Notes: generated by a model from the letters alone, not told the origin. Shown: positions 36,121-44,483, counted from the first letter of the stretch. The stretch: 64,000 nucleotides of DNA from a virus (IMGVR_UViG_3300038443_000660:2082-66081); one strand, 5' to 3'. Translations and numbers: made by a program.

Positions 36121-36686
36121 AGAATTGCTCTTGAAAATCTTGGTTCCGCCAATCCAGTCCCATTAATCCATGTTACAAGCTTATTTGATCGAATTCCATA
36201 GGAACCTAATTCAATTCCATTATATTCGATGTCATATCCAATATCGGTCTGAACTTTTTTCAAAAGTTCTGTCTTTGGAACATAACGGTCAAAAAACGAC
36301 ATCGCTGTATTGATAATCTGGTGTAAATTATCCTTCACATATGCGGAATTTTTATTCCAGTTAGAAGTAAAATCAAAGAAAATCAACTCGTTTTTGAGAA
36401 AATATTTTGTATGGTACATATCAAAATCATCATTACGCATACAAGGCGTAATTGTCTGATATTTACCAGATGGAAGGAATCCTTTGTTGATTAGATAAAG
36501 AAATGACTGTTCACCAGAGCCGACAAAAACTTTCTCTTTTCCATTCTTGATTACATGATGCATATGAACTTCTGGTGGAGTGGTGATATATGCAATATCT
36601 TTTGTAACCAGCCATGGTGCTTCAATAGGAGCAAACCATTCTGAATAATAATCGACGGAATCCTGTAAGAGTTTATAGTTTATCAT
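36117..36686 (-). CDS. Stand-alone class II aminoacyl-tRNA synthetase (SerRS-like) catalytic core
   Basis: Motif1 F.PIEAPW; VGSGEQ; motif2 TPCMRND...YFLKNELI; motif3 WINGTGLAEPR; no tRNA-binding arm (189 aa). Confidence 0.75.
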   Translation of the reverse strand: MINYKLLQDSVDYYSEWFAPIEAPWLVTKDIAYITTPPEVHMHHVIKNGKEKVFVGSGEQSFLYLINKGFLPSGKYQTITPCMRNDDFDMYHTKYFLKNELIFFDFTSNWNKNSAYVKDNLHQIINTAMSFFDRYVPKTELLKKVQTDIGYDIEYNGIELGSYGIRSNKLVTWINGTGLAEPRFSRAIL

Positions 36687-36896
36687 TTACCATTTCTTTC
36701 CTCGATATTCAATATTCGAACATCGGTGTTGTTCAATATCATGAGAGATTTCACCAGATGCTAACCACTCTAAGGTGAAAATATTTTCACCTTCGTCATT
36801 GAGTCTAATACCTATAATTTTTCCTCGACGATTATTGGCCCCAAAAATTTTATCATTTTCTTGAATTAATTTTGGATGCACGTCACTCAATTTCAT
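36687..36896 (-). CDS. Hypothetical protein
   Basis: 69 aa. Confidence 0.5.
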   Translation of the reverse strand: MKLSDVHPKLIQENDKIFGANNRRGKIIGIRLNDEGENIFTLEWLASGEISHDIEQHRCSNIEYRGKKW

Positions 36897-37072
36897 TTGG
36901 TTTCATCCAAAACTTGTTGGCCATATGCAGTTAACACATGACCTTGTAAAAGTCCACGTTTATTCAAGCTAACAACAACTTTTCTGGTCGCACCATTGTT
37001 ACCAGTGCCAACAATGATGTGTCCATTTTTAGCTTGTTCAAGAATTCTCTTTTCGGCTTTGGTCAACTTCAT
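36893..37072 (-). CDS. Small wHTH-like protein (59 aa, not in ORF track)
   Basis: MKLTKAEKRILEQ...SLNKRGLL...LTAYG; ATGA overlap with next gene. Confidence 0.5.
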   Translation of the reverse strand: MKLTKAEKRILEQAKNGHIIVGTGNNGATRKVVVSLNKRGLLQGHVLTAYGQQVLDETK

Positions 37073-37316
37073 TTGCTAATTTTCTGCCTTTATCAGTGAG
37101 AGCAAAGGACGGCATTCCATCACAGGATGGCCAATATGAGCCTGTTTTCCTACTCACGATTAAACCATCTTTTTCCATAAGACGGAGTCGAAATCGAAAG
37201 AACCAAAAATCATGGTCAATTACATTTGGTTCACAACGAAGACCATCGATACGTTGCATATACCCTTCTGGTACATTTGCCAAGGCCGCAAGAATGATAT
37301 TTCGAAACTTTGACAT
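37038..37316 (-). CDS. Small wHTH-like protein
   Basis: LMEKDGLI...FALTDKGRK. Confidence 0.55.
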   Translation of the reverse strand: MSKFRNIILAALANVPEGYMQRIDGLRCEPNVIDHDFWFFRFRLRLMEKDGLIVSRKTGSYWPSCDGMPSFALTDKGRKLANEVDQSRKENS

Positions 37317-37348
37317 ATTTAAGTCCTACGTTTTCTAGATATAGGAAC

Positions 37349-37366
37349 GGCGGGAATTACCCCGCC
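37349..37366 (-). terminator. GC-rich hairpin, possible terminator
   Basis: GGCGGG/CCCGCC stem, 6-nt loop, weak U-tract. Confidence 0.35.
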
Positions 37367-37381
37367 ATCGCCATAATGTTT

Positions 37382-37975
37382 TTATGCGTAACTGGTTTCC
37401 TGTAGAATCTTGTGCATCTGGGTATCAACACACCAATGCATGTTCCAACCCGCCTCGCCGGTCACGTCCTTATCACCAAGAGGACGTTCGATGTAACCAA
37501 GGCGACCAATCGATTCCTTGACCTTCTCGGCTTCGAAATTGTCGCCAAACTTCTCGACCAGCTTGTCAATAGCTTCGATCATGTGTTCCTTGGAAACTTC
37601 CCGATGAGTGAACACATAATCCACAGAAAAGTGAACCATCTTGGCACCTTCCGGCAGTTCAACCGTGGAAGAAGGAACTACACCCATGGAACCTTCCGTG
37701 CCGGAAGTCGAACCATGAACCACCGTACCATCGGCCAGCATGACTGACGACTTGGAATACTTCATGTCAATCATACCATCAAAACCGGAACCTTCGAACG
37801 GCTTGACAACACGATCAACCTCGTTGGCGGTAGGACCATTCTCCCATCGAACATCAATCGAGGAACCACCAGAATAAATCGAGGAACGAACATAAAACTT
37901 GGTTCCGGGAAACTTGGCCTTGAGAGCCTTACGGATCATCTTGGCAGTCTCAACAGTTCCGACATATTCAGTCAT
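37382..37975 (-). CDS. LPD29 (large polyvalent protein-associated domain 29) protein
   Basis: TAKMIRKALKAKFPGTKF.VRS..YSGGSSIDVRW..GPT...V...F.G..FDGMID.KY. Confidence 0.8.
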   Translation of the reverse strand: MTEYVGTVETAKMIRKALKAKFPGTKFYVRSSIYSGGSSIDVRWENGPTANEVDRVVKPFEGSGFDGMIDMKYSKSSVMLADGTVVHGSTSGTEGSMGVVPSSTVELPEGAKMVHFSVDYVFTHREVSKEHMIEAIDKLVEKFGDNFEAEKVKESIGRLGYIERPLGDKDVTGEAGWNMHWCVDTQMHKILQETSYA

Positions 37976-38004
37976 TTATGTTTCCTTTCACAATCTATAA
38001 TTTC

Positions 38005-38032
38005 ATAATATAGAAAATTTCGAAAATGTCAA
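38005..38032 (-). promoter_or_regulatory. Early promoter
   Basis: TTGACA-N16-TATTAT. Confidence 0.7.
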
Positions 38033-38063
38033 GCATTAATTTTATTCACTAATTCCCTAATCA

Positions 38064-38071
38064 TATAAATA
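38064..38071 (+). promoter_or_regulatory. Late promoter TATAAATA for head-spike cassette 1
   Basis: Exact motif, then GGAG SD and ATG 38094. Confidence 0.8.
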
Positions 38072-38093
38072 AGGACGATAAGGAGACAAATAT

Positions 38094-38372
38094 ATGACCG
38101 ATAGATTTCAGCACCAGAAAAGTCAACTGGAATCCGCAGCGCAAGATGGTTTCGTAGTTGTTCCAAATGATACAACTGTTTTTGACCAACCAACTCGTGC
38201 AATTTACGTTGGGCAGGCTGGTGATTTAACTGTCAAAATGCTTGGTTATGATGGTGTAACTCACAACACTTTGACGTTCACCGCAGTATCAGCCGGAACG
38301 GTTATTCCGATTCGTGTTATCGCTGTAACAGCAACCGGCACTACAGCGGATTTAATTCTGGGATTATTTTAA
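38094..38372 (+). CDS. Head-spike base protein, RcGTA Rcc01079/GhsA family
   Basis: DGFVVVPND.T.F.QPTRAIYVG.AGDL.V...VSAGTVIPIRV..V.ATGTTA..I.GL. Confidence 0.82.
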   Translation: MTDRFQHQKSQLESAAQDGFVVVPNDTTVFDQPTRAIYVGQAGDLTVKMLGYDGVTHNTLTFTAVSAGTVIPIRVIAVTATGTTADLILGLF

Positions 38373-38376
38373 CAAT

Positions 38377-39990
38377 ATGCAACTTGGTTTTGGATTAGGT
38401 GTCACACAATCGAAGATAGGTCCGCACGGTCCATTCGTCCCGCCTATCCCGAAAACGGTCACTCGTAATGCTGTTCGCATACTCACACCGGGCAATGGAC
38501 TTGGGACCAGCAGAGTGGCAGGAACGGGCGCTCTTTATACCTATTCCGGTACTTACGTCAATGAATCCGGCAAAGTTATGGATGTGGGAAGTTTAGTTTT
38601 CGCTGGCTGGTATCTTAGTTCATCAGGCACATCGGCAACACTAAATGATGTATCGGTTACAGCGAATATTGAATATCCGGTTGGTGGAACCACTACTGAT
38701 ATGAAAATTTCTGATAACACTACAATTGTTATTCCCAATGACGGATTGATTAAAACTGACAATATTACATTAGCCACACCAATACCGGCAGGTGCAACGT
38801 TTAAAGTAAACGTATCATCTACTGTGCCAAGCGGTCAAAATAGATTAGCAAACAATGGTCTTGCTGGTGTCCTCACAACTACCACGACAGAAGGTTTGAA
38901 ACGAGAAATGTTGTTTGCCATTGGCGACAGCATTATGTCACAAGACCAACGCTATACGGTTTATTTGTCGGCTACCGGGAAATGTCCAGCGGCGCAATGT
39001 TCAATTGGCGGCACCATGGCGCAAACCTATGCTCCAAATTTCGCTGGTAAACAACTGCAATTGATGAAAATGCTCGGCACAACTCGAATTGTTTGCAATT
39101 TTGCAACTAATGATTTTGGTGCAGGTCGTTCATTGGCTGACATAAAAGCCGATCTAGCGACCATGCGTGATGCGGCCAGAGCGGAAGGAATCAAATTTAC
39201 TCAATGTACCAATACACCGCAATCAAGCCGTATTGGCATTCCCGCATCTTCTCTTACGTCATCAGGAAATATAGCTACAGCAATTGTTCCTGATTCGTCA
39301 AGTTTCACTGTAGGAGAAGCAATTTCTATCGGCGGTGCTTCCCCGGCTGAATATGCTACTCACCTTGTCGTGAGTGAGATTCCGGATTCGACTACTGTCA
39401 AATTTTTGTTCAACGGTTCTGCAACCCCGACAGCTACTGGAACTATTCTACTTTATATGAGAAATTATGGTAGTAGAAAACACCAGACAGAAAAAAGCGG
39501 TGCGTATATTCGTGGTTCGTCATCATCTCGTGCGCAATTGAATGCTTGGATACGTTCTGGTGAATTTGATGGTTATCTAGAATGGGCGGATGAATTAGAA
39601 ATAACTCGTGACGATGGCCTTTGGGCTGTTGGTGGTGAAAAACCAAAGCTTTTGGCAGCACAAGAAATTGTGGTCCAATCTGGCTTTACAAATTCGACAA
39701 GATTTCAATCAAATTATTCTCGTGGTTCAAATACTATTTCAGGCGGTATGATAATCTGGACATCAGGCTTGAATATTGGCCTGTCACGAGTCGGCAATGG
39801 TAACACAGGTGGAGACATAACCGTCACCGGGTCATTACCAAATCTTCCGCAAGTTGGCGATACAGCAATTGCTTATCCGGGAGCCATGACAGCCACCACG
39901 GACGGTATTCACCCGTCACTTGCCGTTGGCGGTGGTGGTCAAGTTATCTTGGTTGACGCTACTAAAGCTTGGATTGACTCGCTGCTTTAA
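38377..39990 (+). CDS. Head-spike fibre (GhsB-like LGFGLG N-terminus) carrying an SGNH/GDSL esterase
   Basis: MQLGFGLG; AIGDSI (block I), GGT (II), FATND (III), DGIHP (V). Confidence 0.75.
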   Translation: MQLGFGLGVTQSKIGPHGPFVPPIPKTVTRNAVRILTPGNGLGTSRVAGTGALYTYSGTYVNESGKVMDVGSLVFAGWYLSSSGTSATLNDVSVTANIEYPVGGTTTDMKISDNTTIVIPNDGLIKTDNITLATPIPAGATFKVNVSSTVPSGQNRLANNGLAGVLTTTTTEGLKREMLFAIGDSIMSQDQRYTVYLSATGKCPAAQCSIGGTMAQTYAPNFAGKQLQLMKMLGTTRIVCNFATNDFGAGRSLADIKADLATMRDAARAEGIKFTQCTNTPQSSRIGIPASSLTSSGNIATAIVPDSSSFTVGEAISIGGASPAEYATHLVVSEIPDSTTVKFLFNGSATPTATGTILLYMRNYGSRKHQTEKSGAYIRGSSSSRAQLNAWIRSGEFDGYLEWADELEITRDDGLWAVGGEKPKLLAAQEIVVQSGFTNSTRFQSNYSRGSNTISGGMIIWTSGLNIGLSRVGNGNTGGDITVTGSLPNLPQVGDTAIAYPGAMTATTDGIHPSLAVGGGGQVILVDATKAWIDSLL

Positions 39991-40211
39991 TCCTTCGGAA
40001 AAACATCAACGATAAATTGACCAGCCGTACCGGGTTTGCCGTTACATTCTGTTCGATATCCCAAGTCGTTAAGAACCAAGGCTAACTGTTCAGTTCGGTC
40101 CCTTCGACCAAGAGTCGGAATAACCCACACAGAACCATCTCGCCAGCGCCTAACAGAGTATTCGAAACCGATATCACCAATTTCTTTCCGAAGTTTTCGT
40201 GCGTCTATCAT
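39987..40211 (-). CDS. Hypothetical protein
   Basis: 74 aa. Confidence 0.55.
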   Translation of the reverse strand: MIDARKLRKEIGDIGFEYSVRRWRDGSVWVIPTLGRRDRTEQLALVLNDLGYRTECNGKPGTAGQFIVDVFPKD

Positions 40212-40263
40212 TTTTATCCATCCTTGTATTCAACTATCAGGATCGTCACCGTCCACATAAAAT

Positions 40264-40803
40264 TTAGTCACCATTTTCACCCTTCTTAAACACGGCAACG
40301 AAGGCATTTGCCATGCCAGAGAAACCGGTATCCTTGCGACCACCAGTCGTAATCTTTGCACAAGCGGGAAACCACCGGCTTTCCTCATGGAGTCCAAGCT
40401 TCTTCTGAATCCGGCTCTTGCCGATGTAACAGGTAGGCACCCACTTGCGACCACGCTTTTCAGCCTCGTCATCGGGAAGCCGCCACATTTCCTTTTGCGG
40501 ATTGTTCCACTGGTCAGGGCGATACTTGTCAGCGAAGCTGTAAACCTTAGTGGCTAGAACATTCCCATTCTCGTCACAAAGGACGGGAAACTGTGCATAA
40601 CCACCATTTTTCAGGAGTGCAATTTCCTTTCGGTCCTTATCAGCCCCAATCTGGCTTGCCCACTGCGATACAAAACCATCGGTGTCACACCGTTCAAACG
40701 AATCAGCGGCAGACTGGCGCTTACGGGCAGCTTCCTTTTCCAGATATGCAATCTGTTCAAGCTGTTCAGCAGTCGGGGCGGGGGCTTCATTCAAGTAAGT
40801 CAT
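40264..40803 (-). CDS. Hypothetical early protein
   Basis: Start ATG 40803; RQSAADSFERCDTDGFVSQWA; GC-richer. Confidence 0.7.
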   Translation of the reverse strand: MTYLNEAPAPTAEQLEQIAYLEKEAARKRQSAADSFERCDTDGFVSQWASQIGADKDRKEIALLKNGGYAQFPVLCDENGNVLATKVYSFADKYRPDQWNNPQKEMWRLPDDEAEKRGRKWVPTCYIGKSRIQKKLGLHEESRWFPACAKITTGGRKDTGFSGMANAFVAVFKKGENGD

Positions 40804-40826
40804 AACAAATTCTCCGTTCGATTTAT

Positions 40827-40854
40827 ATAATATCGAATTGTAGAAGAATGTCAA
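40827..40854 (-). promoter_or_regulatory. Early promoter with TCTACA spacer motif
   Basis: TTGACA-ttcttctacaattcga-TATTAT. Confidence 0.7.
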
Positions 40855-40863
40855 TCCTTATTT

Positions 40864-41250
40864 TCAAAAATTACCATAACCATCGATATGTTTATATCGA
40901 TCACCAGAAAATCCAATATCAAAATAGAACTTATCGACAATGGTCACACCGTCAGCACGGTTCGATGGTTCATCGTCATAAGTGCCGACATATTCACCGG
41001 TAAGACGACTAAAGCGAAACCCTGCATGTTTACCAAGAGTTTTGACGACAAAATCTTCCGCAAAATAATCCTTGGATGCCTGATCCTTCAAATATACCAC
41101 CAATTCTCCCATGTAAGAAGACCCAACAGAACCGATACCAATGATTCGGTTATCCTTGAGAAAATACACGTCATCCATGCGGTTATCGGGAATAGCCGGA
41201 TGCTTGATATAATCAGAATCGATTTCAATATCAAGAACGAGCATACGCAT
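40864..41250 (-). CDS. Hypothetical protein
   Basis: 128 aa. Confidence 0.6.
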   Translation of the reverse strand: MRMLVLDIEIDSDYIKHPAIPDNRMDDVYFLKDNRIIGIGSVGSSYMGELVVYLKDQASKDYFAEDFVVKTLGKHAGFRFSRLTGEYVGTYDDEPSNRADGVTIVDKFYFDIGFSGDRYKHIDGYGNF

Positions 41251-41501
41251 ATTTAATTTCCTTTCACCATTTCATCAAAATCAATCATTTCCTGCAAAGC
41301 AATTTCAGTAGATACAGGTTCCAGACCCCATGCATCGGATTGATCACCAAATGCTGAACACGAATATCCACCCCGATATAGTAATCAGAGAAGATCATCA
41401 TTCCTTCCGCTTCCAAACATAATGAACCGTTCCAAATACAATTACAAATACGAGAATTTGGTAGAGCGGCATAAGAATGTGTACCATATTGCTATGTTCC
41501 T

Positions 41502-41822
41502 TTACTCTACCCGATCATGGATTGGAACAGCACCATAAAACGGATGACCACACATTTCCTCTACCGTCTTTGCAAAGCGACTATCAGAAGAATAGAGGAA
41601 GTTTCCGCCCATCATGAACCATGACTTTTTAACACCATCGGGAACGACCGGATGGACCACGACATTTCCCACATGAACGTCGAGGCGAACAGCAGGACAA
41701 CGGTCAGTCGGTTCAAAAGGGCCGGGAACATTTATCACGACAACGTTATCATACTTGCTCGACACACCACCGTTAGTGCAGTCGGAACCGGGACGACGAA
41801 GAACAGAAGCGAACATTCCCAT
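41502..41822 (-). CDS. Hypothetical protein, paralog of 43019-43345
   Basis: MGMFASVLR...DCTNGGVSSKY...WFMMGGNFLYSSDSRF...GAVPIHDRVE. Confidence 0.75.
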   Translation of the reverse strand: MGMFASVLRRPGSDCTNGGVSSKYDNVVVINVPGPFEPTDRCPAVRLDVHVGNVVVHPVVPDGVKKSWFMMGGNFLYSSDSRFAKTVEEMCGHPFYGAVPIHDRVE

Positions 41823-41853
41823 ATTTGTAATCCCTTCTCTCAATCTCGGTTTT

Positions 41854-41882
41854 AATATAATCGAAAAATGTAAAGGCGTCAA
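41854..41882 (-). promoter_or_regulatory. Early promoter
   Basis: TTGACG-N17-TATATT. Confidence 0.55.
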
Positions 41883-41894
41883 GTCCAAAATTCA

Positions 41895-41902
41895 TATAAA
41901 TA
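41895..41902 (+). promoter_or_regulatory. Late promoter TATAAATA for head-spike cassette 2
   Basis: Exact motif in the same tcaTATAAATAa context as 38064. Confidence 0.8.
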
Positions 41903-41944
41903 AAATGCAGAAATATTAACATTTACTAATGGAATTTTTAAAAT

Positions 41945-42208
41945 ATGACAGATAAGTTTCACAAGCAAGTCAATACGTTAGATTCTATTTTGACCGATGG
42001 ATTTGTGATAACGCCGTCTGACACAACAGAATTTTCGCAACCTACCAGAGTTCTTTATATCGGCAACACCGGAAACATTACGGTTGTAATGATTTCAGGG
42101 ACTAGTTTAACTTTTACTAATGTTGCATCTGGTCAAATTTTACCTTTTCGTGTTTCCAAGGTAATGGCTACTGGCACAACAGCATCCAATATCATTGGCA
42201 TGTTTTAA
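41945..42208 (+). CDS. Head-spike base protein, Rcc01079/GhsA family (second copy)
   Basis: DGFVITPSDT..F.QPTRVLYIG.TGNI.V...VASGQILPFRV.KV.ATGTTA.NI.GM. Confidence 0.82.
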   Translation: MTDKFHKQVNTLDSILTDGFVITPSDTTEFSQPTRVLYIGNTGNITVVMISGTSLTFTNVASGQILPFRVSKVMATGTTASNIIGMF

Positions 42209-42220
42209 TGTTTTATAAAC

Positions 42221-43012
42221 ATGTTCAGGTCGTTATTATTTAAGACTACTTTTTTATATCCAAGTGTCAATAATTCTTTGTTTTCTGGTGGTGAACAAGG
42301 GACGTGGTTAGACCCATCTGATTTATTATCGATGTTTGAAGATGCAGCCGGAACTATACCAGTTACAACAGATGGGCAGCCGGTAGGATTGATTAAAGAT
42401 AAATCTGGTAGAAACAACCATGCTTCACAAAGTGTTGAGGCGTCTAGACCAATCTATAGAACAAATGGTTCGCTTCGTTGGCTATCTTGTAACGGAATTA
42501 ATCAATATCTGGTTATTCAGAATATGGATTTGACCAGTACCGATAAGGTAACTGCCATTGTGGGGGCCTATAAAGCAAATGATGAAACTTCCATTGTCTA
42601 TGAATTTTCACCAAATTGGAATTTTAACGCTGGCAGTTTTGCACAAACCAATGCCGCCGATCCACAATTTTGGACAGCTTCCGCACGAGGGACCACATTC
42701 AGTTCGTTAGCGCAAGTAGCGTACACAACCCAAACCGCACCGGATACGGCTGTAATCACCGCCATGCATGACATTGCCGGGAGCCGATCAAGAGTGCGTC
42801 GGAACGGAGTGTTTGGTGTTGACGGCTCTGGTGATAAGGGAACGGGAAATTTTGGCAATTACCCGTTGCACATAGGTATTCGAGCGGACAATTCTCTGCC
42901 GTTTAACGGAAATTTGTATGGTTTAATTATTCGAGGCGCATCGACGGATGAAGCACAATTGGCATCCGTCGAAACATGGATGGCCGAAAAGACAGGCGTA
43001 GCGATTACGTAA
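42221..43012 (+). CDS. Putative head-spike fibre, lectin/LamG-like beta-sandwich
   Basis: LFSGGEQGTWLDPSDL..MF.D.AGT.PVT.DGQPVG.I.DKSG..NHA.Q...RP; ends F.G..YG.IIRG...E.W. Confidence 0.65.
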   Translation: MFRSLLFKTTFLYPSVNNSLFSGGEQGTWLDPSDLLSMFEDAAGTIPVTTDGQPVGLIKDKSGRNNHASQSVEASRPIYRTNGSLRWLSCNGINQYLVIQNMDLTSTDKVTAIVGAYKANDETSIVYEFSPNWNFNAGSFAQTNAADPQFWTASARGTTFSSLAQVAYTTQTAPDTAVITAMHDIAGSRSRVRRNGVFGVDGSGDKGTGNFGNYPLHIGIRADNSLPFNGNLYGLIIRGASTDEAQLASVETWMAEKTGVAIT

Positions 43013-43018
43013 AGCGTT

Positions 43019-43345
43019 TTATTCTACCCTGTCATGGATTGGAATAGCACCGTAAAACTTGTGGCCTAGCATTTCTTCAAGCGTTTCTCTGAAACGGCTA
43101 TCAGAAGTATACAGGAAATTTCCGCCAAACATGAACCACGGCTTATATTCGCTGTCATTTACCACCGGCTTTGCGATAACATTACCATAGCACAGTTCAA
43201 GCTGAACCGCAGGATATTTGTCATCTGGTTTGAAGGGGCCGGGAACATTGACAATGACAACCGTGCTGTACTTCGAAGAAAGACCGTCATTGGTGCAATC
43301 ACCAAGAGGGTTACGAAAAACAGAAGCAAGCATTCCCATTATCAA
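43019..43345 (-). CDS. Hypothetical protein, paralog of 41502-41822
   Basis: MGMLASVFR...DCTNDGLSSKY...WFMFGGNFLYTSDSRF...GAIPIHDRVE. Confidence 0.75.
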   Translation of the reverse strand: MIMGMLASVFRNPLGDCTNDGLSSKYSTVVIVNVPGPFKPDDKYPAVQLELCYGNVIAKPVVNDSEYKPWFMFGGNFLYTSDSRFRETLEEMLGHKFYGAIPIHDRVE

Positions 43346-43542
43346 TACTCCATATATCCAGCAGCGTTTGCCATGACCTCATAATGAGTCGGAGCCATCG
43401 GATCAACTACTTCGTCGGGATGCGAATTGTAGTAATCGTATTCGTTATACTCAAGAAGACCATAGTCATAACCAGAATCGTCGTAAAAATCATAGTAATC
43501 GTAATCATAGTCATCCTCGGCGTAGTACCACATGGTGGACAT
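43342..43542 (-). CDS. Tyr/Asp-rich acidic 66-aa early protein
   Basis: 16 Tyr, 17 Asp+Glu, no Lys or Arg; GAGG SD; first gene after a promoter. Confidence 0.7.
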   Translation of the reverse strand: MSTMWYYAEDDYDYDYYDFYDDSGYDYGLLEYNEYDYYNSHPDEVVDPMAPTHYEVMANAAGYMEY

Positions 43543-43570
43543 GATTCAATTCCTCTCAATCACAATTATG

Positions 43571-43598
43571 AATATAATCAGATTTTGTAGAATGTCAA
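43571..43598 (-). promoter_or_regulatory. Early promoter with TCTACA spacer motif
   Basis: TTGACA-ttctacaaaatctgat-TATATT. Confidence 0.6.
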
Positions 43599-43607
43599 GC
43601 ACCAATT

Positions 43608-44483
43608 TTAATAATCAAAAAAACAACCACAACTCGCTTTCACATCAAACCCGATACGGCCAATGATTTGAACACGACCGTTCATAGCTTCTGATAATGC
43701 TTGATAAATTTCGCTTTTCCTGTCGGTTTCTTCACCATATCTAGAATCATATGGATTGTATGCGATAATATTGAAATTCAAATCATCCAAACCATGATAT
43801 TTTATGAAACCAATCAGTTCCTTGATATCATCTTCGGAATCGTTTTGTCCTTTGATGAAAGCTGAATGAAGAACTACTTGACCGCCATATTCTCGATAAT
43901 TGTTAATTATCTGTGCAGCGGAATCTACAGCCATGGCCTTGGGTAGCCATTTCTTTCTAAATTTAGTGGATGGTGAATATAATGACCAATATAACTTCGT
44001 GTTATCATCAATCAAAGAATACAAATTTTGTACATTAATATCATTAGGAATAATAGATGAAATATTAAAATTGATATCAGTAAATCCATACGTTTGACAG
44101 ATATCTACTAATGCTTTGTTAAGTTCATAATAATCATACTTGAATTCTGGATTATTCAGTGGTTCACCACGAGCCATGAAATTCAAATTTATGGTTTCTT
44201 CATCACCTGTTCGGTCATTATTCCACCAATAGTCCAACACTTTGTATAACTGAAATTCATATAAATCTCGGCTAACCGGAATATTGCCAGTTTGACCAGT
44301 TGCGGTCAAATGACAAAATCTGCATGAAAGATTACAACCATTGAAGGAAGACAGATAAACAATGACTTGCTTATCCGTCCGTCGAACATAACGACATTCT
44401 ATGAATGAATTGTCTAAATTAATTATGAAATTAACTGAACGGTCAATCTCTGACTTCTGTATCAATACTTTTGGTTCTATCAT
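43608..44483 (-). CDS. RlmN/Cfr-like radical SAM methyltransferase (divergent)
   Basis: IECRY...YLSSFNGCNLSCRFC...NFMARGEPL...WSLYS...FNII.YNP...ASCGCF. Confidence 0.8.
   Translation of the reverse strand: MIEPKVLIQKSEIDRSVNFIINLDNSFIECRYVRRTDKQVIVYLSSFNGCNLSCRFCHLTATGQTGNIPVSRDLYEFQLYKVLDYWWNNDRTGDEETINLNFMARGEPLNNPEFKYDYYELNKALVDICQTYGFTDINFNISSIIPNDINVQNLYSLIDDNTKLYWSLYSPSTKFRKKWLPKAMAVDSAAQIINNYREYGGQVVLHSAFIKGQNDSEDDIKELIGFIKYHGLDDLNFNIIAYNPYDSRYGEETDRKSEIYQALSEAMNGRVQIIGRIGFDVKASCGCFFDY

Noticed and set aside
43608-44483. Calling the radical SAM a cfr resistance gene
   Set aside because: Too divergent and lacks the Cys118 equivalent; activity cannot be inferred
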